NCBI RefSeq assembly: GCF_001194135.2
Contig: NC_068987.1
Coordinates: 8,881,925-8,923,029 of the forward strand
Source: Octopus bimaculoides
Taxonomy: Eukaryota
Reading direction: 5' to 3'
Length of the DNA: 41,105 nucleotides
The translations under genes and the position numbers were made by a program. Each line of letters starts with the position of its first letter. Within the stretch, counting starts at the first letter, position 1. The notes under the pieces are model-generated. The model had not been told where the DNA came from and searched no databases. It was given only the letters and a program-made list of their open reading frames with translations. Below, piece by piece: positions 1-11,390 of the stretch.

Positions 1-104
1 ATATATCATCATCATCATCATCGTTTAACGTCCGCTTTCCATGCTAGCATGGGTTGGACGATTTGACTGAGGACTGATGAAACCGGATGGCAACACCAGG
101 CTCC
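1..104 (-). mobile_element. SINE family 2, 3' end with (GAT)n tail
   Basis: Reverse complement of the ...ccaacccatgctagcatggaaagcggacgttaaacgatgatgat end seen at 40825-40882 and 20700-20747. Confidence 0.85.
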
Positions 105-343
105 ATATATACATATATGTCTGTGTGTTTGTTTGTGTGTCTGTGTTTGTCCCCCCAACATCGCTTGACAACCAATGCTGGTGTGTTTACGTCCCCGTAA
201 CTTAGCAGTTCGGCAAAAGAGACTGATAGAATAAGTACTAGGCTTCTAAAGAATAAGTCCTGGGGTCGATTTGCTCGACTAAAGGCGGTGCTCCAGCATG
301 ACCACAGTCAAATGACTGAAACAAGTAAAAGAGTAAAAGAGTA
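105..343 (+). mobile_element. SINE family 1, 3' half (microsatellite hinge to gtaaaaga tail)
   Basis: Matches the 3' halves of the copies at 18984-19150, 25490-25680 and 28940-29152. Tail gtaaaagagtaaaagag. Confidence 0.85.
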
Positions 344-2087
344 GAGAAAGAAAACAAATACAAAACAGTGAAACCAACAAGTCAATAACTACAAAACCTT
401 GTTAATTCAAGTTGTTGTCATTTTCTCAACCATCAATACAGTTTGGAAGTCTTCATAAAAGGACAAAGGTTTTAATAGAATTATTGCTTTACTAATCCTA
501 TTGCTGAAAAAATCCAACATCAACAAAACACTGCTCTCTCTTTCACACACACACACACACACAAAGAACATATATATTGAATGAAGATGTTTGTTTTTAC
601 AGTTTTTCACATGCATAAAAAAGCAAAAATACAAACAAAATACCATCCCAACATAAATTTTTAAAAGTAAAAATCGCTCAAAGTAGAATGAATTTATGTC
701 AAACATGGTAGGAATCAATTAATCCTTTCTCACCTAGACTGGGTTTTTAGGATAACATCTCAGTGCCTATTCTGAATAAGATATGTTACACATTACTACA
801 GTGGGAGTCGAGTTGCATGAAACATCGATAAAACCAATTTTTCTTTCCTACTATTTTTTTTTTCTTTTATATCTGCTTGTTTATTTTATTTTGATTGAAT
901 GCTATCAACAACAAATAGAACATTGACTGCCTTTTCATCTGTTATATTAGGAACATGCAATCAATTTCAATGAATGCTAAGTAATGACACATTTTTACTG
1001 GGAGAAAATTATCAGTTTAAAACTGTTTCCTGTCGTCTACGATTTCAGAAAGAAAAAAGAAAGGAAACGAAAAAAATAAATAAATAAATGAATGAATTAG
1101 GTAAGAAAAATAAGAAAAAAATGATAGAGAGATAAAATAATATGGGGAAAACACTCGGTGGCTGCTGGAAAAGAATAGGGTTGATCGTTTCTGAACACTT
1201 CGATCATCTCACACTTTCAGACACATATACACTAACACACTCACTCCCATATACACAGACATACACACAAAACAGAGTCTCATGCATGTAAATAGACAAT
1301 TATTGTAATGCTAATATATGTAGAATGAATTTTTCGGATTCTGAAACCTGTAGATGATTTACTGAGCTGGGTTCAGAGCAAAGTATATTAAGTGGCTTAG
1401 ATTAAAGGCTGTGATATTCATAAGAGTAATATGGCTATTCACTAAAAATATGGTATATGGTACCTTGATAAATTTGTATATGCCCCATAACAAAAACAAA
1501 AAAAATAGATTGGCTGACAAAATGGTAGTTATTAAAAGGAAGAAAAGAAAGCAATTGCATTTCAAGTTGGAGACAATATTTATGTTAGTATCTATTTTAC
1601 TATGCAAGCAACAATAGCTGAAATCTATAAGAAACTCTTATATTTGCATGTCATTTTAAATGTTGGCTATTATTCTTAACACCAAACACTATTCTAAACA
1701 AACTATTTTTCTGATATGCTTCTACCATAGATATTTTTCAAGTATACAATTCTATAGGTGAAATATGTGATATTTACTTACTGATAGTTATAACTATGCA
1801 GATTACAACTACTTTCAGAAAAATCCTACATTCATCAGGCCTGTGTTTGAATAACAAATGCATCCATAGTTATAAAATCAGATGGTTTAACTATACCTAA
1901 TGAATGTAGAAATTTTCTATAGACCCACTTAGTGTCTGCATTCTTATATGAAACTAGTGGTAGCCAGTATATGAATAACTTTGTTATACCCATTAATAAG
2001 TAAATATTTCACTCTTCATTTAAAGTTTTCAAGACAAAGAAATACAAACATACACACATATGTATACATATATATTTACATATACAA

Positions 2088-2235
2088 TGGGCTTCTTTAA
2101 GTTTCTGTCCACCAAATCCATTCACAAAGCTTTGGTCATCCCTGAGGTAAAGTAGAAGACACTTGCCCAAGATATCATACAGTAGGACTGAACCCAAAAC
2201 CATGTGGAGTTTCTTAAGCACACAGCCACACCTGA
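2088..2235 (-). mobile_element. SINE family 1, tRNA-like head half
   Basis: Homologous to 19218-19375, with A/B-box-like motifs and a cttgggcaagtgtctt CORE-like motif. Confidence 0.8.
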
Positions 2236-2407
2236 ACATTATATCACATGTCCAATCATCATTTTCATTAGAAAATGCATTGTGTACAAACAGGGACCAG
2301 ACACAATGAAGATGATACATCTAATTGAAAACAACACCAAACCTGAAAATGAGAGAGATTGCAGCATCAAGTGATCCATGGATTCCAGTCCATGGATCAG
2401 TTCTTTA

Positions 2408-2763
2408 GGGCTAGGTCTGGACAATATGCTGGGTGTGGCATCAGTTCAGTTCCTTCAAGTTCCTGGAGTTTATCTCAAGTCATTCGAGCAGTGTGGGGTC
2501 TTGTGTTACGTTGTCGTAGACGAGGTCACTTTCTTTTAAGCAATGTCAGATATTTTTGCCACTGAATGGCACATGTCCACTCCAGATGTTCAGAACACTG
2601 GTTTGACTGTCTGGAATGAACTTGTAGTGAATTATCCCATCGTAATTCCACCTGATACAAAGCATCACCTTACGTTTGAAATGTACATGTTAGGAGACAG
2701 ATTCCGGAAGCTGCCTCTTGCTTAATGACTGCTTATGAATGTTAGAATTGCAGAAAAATATCT
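2408..2763 (-). pseudogene. Mariner (Tc1/mariner) transposase relic, catalytic core, inverted block
   Basis: Minus-strand translation gives KRKVMLCIRWNYDGIIHYKF and NTRPHTARMT*DKLQEL...MPHPAYCPDLA. These match mariner KKVMLCVWW..GIIHYE and HDNARPH...HPPYSPDLAP. Stops and frameshifts are present. Confidence 0.85.
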
Positions 2764-3028
2764 CCCTCGGTTTACAACTTGTTCCAATCCATGGCCCACT
2801 TCCTGCACTCATGATGTTTCATCAACCGAGAAGAGGTAGAAGCTTCAGTGAAGGAGTTCTTCACCACGAAGAATAAGGACTAGTATTATCATGGGATCAA
2901 AGAACTGGCAGAAAGGCAGCTTCAGATGGTGCAACACTATGGCCCCCTACTTTGAACTTTTGTTGTAAGTTGAAGAATAAACCAACTAAGTTACCAAAAT
3001 CTTGCAACACAATACATGCCGGTATAAT
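2764..3028 (+). pseudogene. Mariner transposase relic, C-terminus and probable 3' end
   Basis: Plus-strand translation gives PSVYNLFQSMAHFLHS*CFINREEVEASVKEFFTTKNKD*YYHGIKELAERQLQMVQH, the typical mariner C-terminus after PSDYHLF. Confidence 0.85.
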
Positions 3029-3317
3029 AACCTCAACATTCATTCTTACCATTTTACCTTTACGAAAGCTAAATATTCATTGTAACAGATTTAACCCTCA
3101 TTTCATAAATGGAAGGTGGACATATTGATAGTAAAAACATCATTACTTTATGCACATGTGTGAAATATCCAGATGTAATATTTGTTTCATTGAGATAAAA
3201 GGTCTACCTTGGATAAGTGTTTAAATAAGAACATCTGCAATAAAACAAAAGAAGATAGGGGCAGGAAATTACCAAATTGCTGCGTAACAGTTGCTTGCAC
3301 TTTTGATACAAACAGAT

Positions 3318-3356
<39 letters not shown>

Positions 3357-3400
3357 GGGGGAGGGAGAGGAGAGAGAGGGGGAGAGAGAGGAGAGAGATA
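3318..3400. repeat. (GT)n joined to a GA/G-rich purine tract
   Basis: Directly visible. Confidence 0.9.
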
Positions 3401-4419
3401 TGGGAAATAAGTAAATAATATATGTAGACAGTTAAAATACTAGTAAAAATCTCATCAAAATGCCTATCATCCTCTATATCCAAATAATATAGAGAAGTCT
3501 CAAAAACAAAACAGAGGGGAAATATGGAAGAGGAAGAAAAGAAAAAGAACTTGGCAGAGCGAGGGAGAGAGAGAGAGAGAGAATATATGAAAAGGAGAGA
3601 AACAGTTTATGAAAGAATAAGTGAGAAAGAAAGCATGATGAAGAAGAGAAAGAGAAATTTCTTTATTTTCTCCTTAATATTGCTAATTTCTTCAGATGAT
3701 AATACTTTCCAAAATGCTTCATGAAACAACAACAACAACAACAATAATCATTTTGTCTTTCAAGTTTTAGTGAAGTCAGTCAGATGTTCTTTGAAAAGAA
3801 CAACACTCCAAAATTACACAACCGCCCATTCTTTCTTTATCACAGTTCTTCCAGAATAAGGCAAATTACTTAATTTTAACATTTAAATTCTGGTTCAGAA
3901 GTATCTTATCAAGATAATAATGGCTCAATTAACTCCCACTAATTAAATACACTTATATTAAAATGTAAACATGTTTTACATACAGCACATTGTCTATAAA
4001 ATATTTTGCTCCTAACTATAAACTTCTAGAGTTTTCCCTTTTTTTAAAATTTTCTCTCTCAGTTTGAACTTTCTAGATTTATTATTTCAACAACTTCCAG
4101 AGTTATTTTTTATTTATTTATATTTATTTGCTTCTACTTTTTAACCTAAATGCTTCAGGGGCCCCATACTCTCATTTGTTCAAATGGGCAATGAAAAATC
4201 TAGGTTTGGGTGGAATGACTCATGAAAACTATACAAACCACATAGAGGGGTGCTAAATATTAGATATGAACTCAGTGAAGAAGTAGAAATGTAGGTGGAT
4301 AACAAATATGTATAAAAAAAGAAACTATCTTTCCACATCCATCGGAGTGTGAAGCGCACCTCACGAACACAGGTTCGTGAGACGGTTGTGATTTGTAAAC
4401 AGTTTTGAGTAGGAACCGG

Positions 4420-4577
4420 AAAATGAAGTATGAACATGCAATGCACATGTGCACACTGAATTTGTAAAATGGAAGAAGAGGATAAAAACGCAATGCACGT
4501 GTCGAAATAAAACAGAAGAGAAGAATAAAAATGCAATGTGCATGTTAAAATAAAATGGAAGAGAATGAAAATGCACT
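4420..4577. repeat. Degenerate ~43-bp minisatellite (aaaatggaagagaagaataaaaatgcaatgcacgtgt...)
   Basis: Three to four imperfect tandem units. Confidence 0.6.
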
Positions 4578-5048
4578 GTCAAACAAGTAATGTGGTGGTG
4601 TGCATGCCATGTCTGACAGCCACTATCATGCAGCTTTGCTGCAATTTTCTTGTTTGCATCCTATTCGTTGAGATAGTATCACAGGAGATATGGACCTGAA
4701 AACAATAGTTCTGGACACTGACAACTTTGATCTCAATGAAGAAATAAAAATAAAATAATAGTCTTAATGCTTCACAGCAGGATGAATAGAATTGTATTTA
4801 AAAACATGACTAAGAATGAAATACTGCAGTAGAATGGTCCTCAAGAGATCTGTAGCGTCAAGATCAGTATGCTGGAAAGGAGAAGGCAGGAACTTAGTAT
4901 TGTTTAATGAGTTCAAAGACAAAACACAATGAATTTTATGTAGAATAAAACAAACCACCATAGTTGAGTTCAATCAGAAACATTAGGAAATAAAAAGAAA
5001 ATGCTAAAATTAATAAGAATAAAAATACATTATTAAATTATCTCTCAC

Positions 5049-5248
5049 CAGACTTTCATCTTCAAGCCACTCTCTTAGAAATTTTAATGCACTTGAAGAA
5101 GCATGCTCCAGGATTTGCTGCTTATTTTCACATTGCTCCAAAGTTCCTTTTAAATCTTCCAATAGGAATATAGCTCTGGCATTCTGTAAACGGCCCTTCA
5201 CTGTAGGTCTTGTAGCTAAATTGCTGTTTCGATATTCACGTTTTGTAC
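5049..5248 (-). CDS. PPFIBP1: Liprin-beta, second coding exon (200 nt): (C)TKREYRNS...RAIFLLEDLKGTLEQCE...LREWLEDESL
   Basis: Acceptor tttctttcAG (5250-5249) and donor GTGAGA (5048-5043). The phase 1 start fits the upstream exon (T|GT = Cys). RAIFLLEDLKGTLE and LREWLE resemble liprin-beta RALHLVEDLRGLLE and LVEWLQ. Confidence 0.88.
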
Positions 5249-5653
5249 CTGAAAGAAATTTCAAAAAATGATATGTTCAAAAGTTTTAATAACAAATGGC
5301 ATATTCTAAATAAAGCAACTGCTTTCTAACTTCAGTGTTTGGAAATCAGATTTGCATGGTAAGTAAATGAAAAACAACTCTGCCTAATCTCTAAACAAAA
5401 CATTAAATTTGGTTTTCTGATGATCTGATGCTTAATATAGAACATGATGACTTAAAACAATGACAGTTAAGTGTCTCACCTGAAGAGAAAATCCCACACC
5501 TGAAGCAAGAATTTTACACTAAACTGACAAGAGAAACTATATATAGTCACTTAATGTGCTAGAAAGAGTAACCAAACATCCCATAAATCATACTCTGTCA
5601 TCTTAAACAAAGAAGCCCTTAAATAACGTAATCCCCCCAGAAAAAAAAAGACC

Positions 5654-5795
5654 TTCTGAGTTCAAATTCCGCTGAGGTCAACTTTGCCTTTCATCCTTTC
5701 AGGGTTGATAAATTAAGTACCAGTTGCATACTGGGGTCAATCTAATTGACTGGCCTCCTCCCCAAAAATTTCGGGCCTTGTGCCTACAGTAGAAA
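5654..5795 (+). mobile_element. SINE family 3 fragment (B-box gagttcaaattcc plus gcctttcatcctttc core, Deu/Nin-like)
   Basis: Homologous to 6762-6920, 30362-30545 and 16060-16225. The domain name is from memory of the core motif. Confidence 0.75.
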
Positions 5796-5884
5796 AAAAA
5801 CAAAGGCTAAATGCCCTTTTCAACTGAACATTGATTTAATCTATAGCCAACATATATACATGTCATTTCTTCATAGATTCTTTT

Positions 5885-6266
5885 TTTATGTTTTAATTGA
5901 TTCAGTTATTGAACTGTCACCATGCTACAGCACCATCTTGAAAGGCTTAGGGGTTAGTTGCACAAATTGTCCATCCCCCAGCACTTCTTTTTTAAAGCCT
6001 GGTACTTATTCAATTGGTCTTTTTGCCAAGCCACAAAGCTACAAGGATGTAAACAAACTAACACTAGTTGTCAAGCAGCGACAGTGGGACAAATACAAAG
6101 ATATACACACACGCACACACACACATATATATATGACATGCTTCCACACCATTTCCATCCACCACATTCACAAGGTATTGGTCAGCCTTGTCCCAGACCA
6201 TGCTGGGATAGAACCCAAAACCACATGGTTGCAAAACAAGCTTTGTAACCCCACAGCTCTGCCTGT
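5885..6266 (-). mobile_element. SINE family 1, full-length diverged copy
   Basis: Head, microsatellite hinge and 3' half are colinear with 18984-19375. Confidence 0.85.
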
Positions 6267-6761
6267 ACCTATTCTGAAGACTGCACATTTACTACCAATC
6301 ATGTCCCATACAGCATCACACTTCTTTCGTATGCAGATAGCCTTGCTTTTTTTTTATATGAAGAGAGAAGCCTTTTGTTATCAATTGTTTCCTTATGTAT
6401 TGGAGCCCTTTCTTTTATTTTTACTTTCACTACTACAGTCTATCTCCACCACTTGTTAAGTGACTTAATTAACACAAATTATCAACTACATCTGGTGAGA
6501 TATCTGAAACATTCATGGGATTTTATTTCCCAGATGTCTTATCATTAACTATTCCTGTACATTTAGTGCAGCTGACCATTTCTCTAAATTTAAGGCATCT
6601 GAAATTATGGTTCCTTATCAGGCTTCCAGAAGGTGGCACAACATCTTTTTGTTTATAGAATGTAACATATATTTTAAATTAAAGTTTTCATTTTGCTTTT
6701 ATTTTTGTATTCTTTCATTTCTTTAATTATGAACAGAATTTAATATTAAATATGACAACAA

Positions 6762-6920
6762 ACTGGCAGAACATTCTGAGTTCAAATTCCACCGAGGTCA
6801 ACTGCTTTTCATTCTTTTAGGGTTGATAAATAGAGTACCAGTTGAGTACTGAGGTCGATGTAACTGACTTGCCCTCTTCCCCGAACTTGCTGGCTTTGGC
6901 CCAGAATTTGAAATCAATAT
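6762..6920 (+). mobile_element. SINE family 3 fragment
   Basis: ttctgagttcaaattccaccgaggtcaac...gataaatagagtaccagttgagtactgaggtcga. Confidence 0.75.
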
Positions 6921-7483
6921 TAAATATTATATAAGAAAATGAAAATTGAATCAAAATAATTTTAAATAATTTTATTTTCAAATTTTATCAAGGACTGGAA
7001 AGTAACCTTATATGTTAATATATGTTTATCATACTATTATATATGAGCCCTACGTCTATAGAATATTGAATAAAAGGAAAAATAAAAGAGGCTGTTAAGT
7101 TCAAAGCCATCTGTTAAATGTTAACTAGTGCAGTAAAGACTACAAAAACATCCAGTTAAGTCAAGGATATAGGTCTTAAATGTAATAACAGCAGAGTGTC
7201 ACACACTAGATTTCAGACAGAGGTTAAAACAGACTGGATTTTCATTCCCTGCTATAATGAAATTAGGAAATATATTTCTAAGAAATGGTAAAGAATTTTC
7301 AAGTTCAAATTCCATTGTGTGTGCACTACCAGTATTTAGATGAATTAAGTTAAATAAACAGTTGATAAGTGTGGCTTTTCCAATAAATATTTTGTGACCG
7401 AAAACCTGCTGAGCATTTATAAAATACAAATACACACCGCACTAAAATATACTACACACACCACACAACACACACTCTCTCAC

Positions 7484-7513
7484 TCTCTCTCTGTCTCTTT
7501 CACTTTTCATTCA

Positions 7514-7554
<41 letters not shown>

Positions 7555-7600
7555 ACTTCTCATTCACTCTCTTTCTTTCCCTCTCTCTCTCTCTCACTTA
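7484..7600. repeat. (CT)n-rich microsatellite
   Basis: Directly visible. Confidence 0.9.
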
Positions 7601-9734
7601 TTTGACAAACAAGGATGCACTTGAGCTAATGAAGGAGCCTCAATGTGATCTCTCAATCTGGCAGAAATGACAGCCAAATCTTCAAATTACTTTGTATCAC
7701 CTTAGAGGAGAGAGGGACACAGTGAGCAATGGTAGTCCCTGTCATATAATAAATATGGGGCAGTCAGACTGGATTGTCTTTGATCATGATTTTGCTTCAT
7801 CAGGGCTGACCTCAAGCTGAAGAACAACAACCACAATAATAACTTCCATTCTCTCAACAAGCCAACAAAGGAGCCTGTACATGCTAGAAATAGCAGCTGA
7901 GTCTCCTTCGAATCATGCCCTACTGTCTTAAGGGAAAGTGAAATATACTGGATAATGTAGTATCTGATAGCTATCCTCCTCACCCCATATAAGGGTCATG
8001 GGTCTGCTCAAAGAGGGATGGCTAATCTGGGACTAAACAACAACAAAACCACACAAACAACAACAAAACAACACTCACTAATACAATGTCAAGAGCTGAA
8101 CTTCCATTTCTGTTCAAAGACATTTACCCCCAACCGTCATGCTAGACATTTAACCCAATCTTTTCCACGAGATTTGCATTACTTTGGAAATTTCTCCTCT
8201 CCTATCAAAATCAATTTAAATATCAAGTGTACAAACCACCAATAATCATAGCTGAGACTGATCTCAAACTGACCTGAAGTTAGAAAGAGCATGGCATTGA
8301 AGAACCAGTGAATGATGCTACAAGGGATTTGACAAACATAACTGATTGATTAACTGAATGATTAACCAATTGAGTGAAGAAGTGAAACAGAACCAGTGCA
8401 TGTGTTTTACAGGCAATATCAATTCTCTTCATTTGAGAAAGAATTTAAAATAGTCAATATGCTTTGAAATGTCTGTGGAAATAGATTATTTAAAAGTAGA
8501 AACAAATTGTTGTTGTAATACATATATAACAAATATGTAATACATATATAACAAATTATATAACAAATATAACAAATAATAGTGCTTAGCATGAGCATCA
8601 AAAGCAATATTTTATCAATCTGATTATTAAATAATATTTTTCAGATTTGCAGTAATATAATCGACTGGTTAATATACTTTCCTGATTGCTGGAAAAAAAA
8701 TTAGCTGTAATTATTATGAAAAATTTATATTTAATAGCTTCAGGTAGTTTCGTCATAAATTGCATTAGCTTTTAAAGTTATTTTAGAAGTAAAATAATTA
8801 ACATGTTTTTTTTTGAGTGTGACAAATTATTAAGAATATCTACAGCTATTGTTTGAATTGAAGTTAAATATTGCTTGTAAGTTAAAATTATTGTTAATGA
8901 GTTTTTAAAGTTACAATTAAATTTTCAAATATTTAAAATAGTTATAATGCAGCTATGTCAGATTTGCTTAACAGGTATTCAAATTTTTAATTAATGAATG
9001 AAATTAAATGTAAACTCTCCATAAAATAATATAACAAAGAAATAAACTTTAAAAATAATATTCAATAAAAAAAATCCTTCTAAAATATAAGATTTTTCAA
9101 AAACAAATGAATGGTGGGAGTAAATGAATAGATGAAAGAAGTTAAGACTTCTGCTTCTCATTCATATGTTGTCTATTTCTAAGACTGAATTGGGCATGAT
9201 GGTCCAACAGGGAACTACAGAGGGGTGGGAAAAAAAGAGTCTTTTTATACAATGGTGAAGACTAATTCTGTAACTATGAGAGAGAGGGGAGGAGTGTCAT
9301 ATAAATAGTTTTTAAATCAGTAGCATTTCAGATCTTTTGTATTTCAGCTCTCCATAATTGACAAATCTAACCGTCAAATCTAACTGTCAAATCTAACAGC
9401 TGATTGCCAAATAGCAGCTGATGAGATGTCGCACCGTTTCCTTTCTACCATCAACTTCCTGCCTTCTTGAAAGACCTTATCTTAGTGGGTGATTGATTGC
9501 AATCATCAACCCTGATTGATTAATTTCTTGTTGATGTTATCAAGTATTTGTGAATTTTATTTAAGTGGTCAAGTTTTTGCCAACAATCAGGCAATTTTTA
9601 TATTTGTTCAAAGAACATTAGTGATCAGCTTCTTGAAGTCATCAACTCATTAAAAAAAATATCTGGCCGTTTACCAAAAATTGAAGTTCCATTGTTTAAA
9701 CTCTTTCATGAAAACATGTCCAGTAACAAGGAAG

Positions 9735-9920
9735 TGCTATCTTGCATGGTAAGGGTATCCAAGTGAAGGCATCCTGGTAAGGGCAACTGGCCATAGAAAA
9801 ATCTGCCTTACGAAATTCTGTCTGACCCATGTAAGAGTGGAAAAGTGGATGATGATGATGATGATGATGGTGGTGGTGTTGTTGTTGTTGTTGTTGCTGT
9901 TGTTGGTGGTGGTGGTGTAT
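9735..9920 (+). mobile_element. SINE family 2-like 3' end with compound (GAT)n(GGT)n(GTT)n tail
   Basis: taagggcaactggccatagaaa...gacccatgtaagagtggaaaagtggatgatgat resembles the family 2 3' end. Confidence 0.65.
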
Positions 9921-10989
9921 GTGTGCATGTACACATGTAAATATTTTGCAACTAGAATATAATTTTACTTCCTACAGGAAATTTTCTGAAAATTAAAATA
10001 TTTTTTTTTTTAAATGTGCAATTAAAAATATAAATGAAAGCATAAAGAGTGAAAAAAAAAGTGGTTAGATAAATCATTAGAAGCATATTAGTTGAAGACA
10101 TGTTAGTGTTAACAAAAAGGACAAAGTAAGCATGTGATGTTCTATCACAGATATTTTCTGTTCAACTTGAAGATAAAAAAAACAAAAAAAAACAGAAAAA
10201 CCTTTATTACTCCATTATATTCTCATACAAGAATTACAAATGAGATTAACTGGAAAATAATTTCCTTTTAAGACGCAGCCCAGGCTGTTTATTAACTATC
10301 TTCCACATTTTAGATACATAATACCCAAGTAAAGGGCAGGATTCTTAGGACCGGCACTCCACGGAGAGTAGGTTTACTGGAACGGAGTTGAATTAGGGCT
10401 AAATAACAATAAAGATGTTGCTAACATGTTTCCATCACCATTGTTATCCATTTTATAAACTGCTCTCTTTAATTCATATCAATTAATGTCATAACAATAA
10501 CTAATTTAGCCATTTGTATTCATAGTGTAAATACATCATGAAAAGCAAATTTTAATTTACTGTAATATTTGTCCATGGATATCACTTGTGGCCATACAGC
10601 ATTTAAAGCATAATTTTTTTATCAGAGGCAGACGAAAATCATCCAAGTTGCAACTGATGAGAATGTTAGATATGCAATTCTGCAGTAAATTTGCTTTTTT
10701 GCAGTGTTTTTACATTAGATAACTATTTTAATCTATTAATGCTGTTTCTGTTGCACATAATGGATTATTATTCAGCCATGTGGCTATTCACAATACTGGT
10801 GATTGTTCATTCACAGTTTTTCTGTGTCAGTGGTGACAGATTTCGTCTTAGCATGTGGTTACTGTGAGTACATGCTACTGACAATGGTCAATGAGACAGA
10901 AATGCATGTAGCATTCTTAACAGCCACTGCTAGGACGATTTCCTTCTGCCTCCAATACATATTGCATTTTTAAATGTGGCATGTCCCAT

Positions 10990-11390
10990 GAGAGATATTT
11001 CAGTGTGGTTGATGCCAGTACTACATGACTGGGACCTGTGCCAGTGGTACATATAAAGCACCATTCGGGCATGGCCAATGCCAGTGCCGCCTGACTGGCA
11101 TCTGTGCCAGTGTCATATAAAAAATACCATTTGAGTGTGGCCAGTGCAAGTGGCATGTAAAAAACATCATTCAAGCATGGCTGATGCCAGTGCCGTCTGA
11201 CTGGCTCCTATGCCAATGACATGTAAAAAGCACCTACAACACTCTCAGAGTGGTTGGAGTTAGGAAGGGCATCCAACTGTAGAAACCTTGCCAGATCAGA
11301 TTGGAGTCTGGTGCAGCCTCCTGACTTGCCAAACTGTCCAACCCATGCCAGCATGGAAAGCAGATGTTAAATGATGACAATGATGATGAA
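10990..11390 (+). mobile_element. SINE family 2 with ~4 internal 60-70 bp tandem units
   Basis: Colinear with 20316-20747, ending in a degenerate (GAT)n tail. Confidence 0.85.

Noticed and set aside
2240-2345. Possible third liprin-beta exon after the tctctctcattttcAG acceptor
   Set aside because: No frame resembles the expected coiled-coil (YQERLARLE.DKESL.LQV) and phase 0 hits a stop.
4580-4700. Possible exon after ttgttttcAG near 4697
   Set aside because: The translation is not liprin-like and there is no convincing donor before the stop.
5746-6459. 237-aa ORF, the longest gap-free ORF in the track
   Set aside because: It runs through SINE family 3 and family 1 sequence and a microsatellite, with no recognisable domain. 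It is a chance ORF, antisense to the host gene.
7620-8300. Probable additional decayed repeats (also 10560-10980 and 26800-27090)
   Set aside because: They look TE-derived, but I could not define ends or a class from this window alone.
10990-11235. CRISPR-like repeat array (also 20316-20585)
   Set aside because: Eukaryotic context, degenerate contiguous units without unique spacers, no cas genes, and internal to a SINE.
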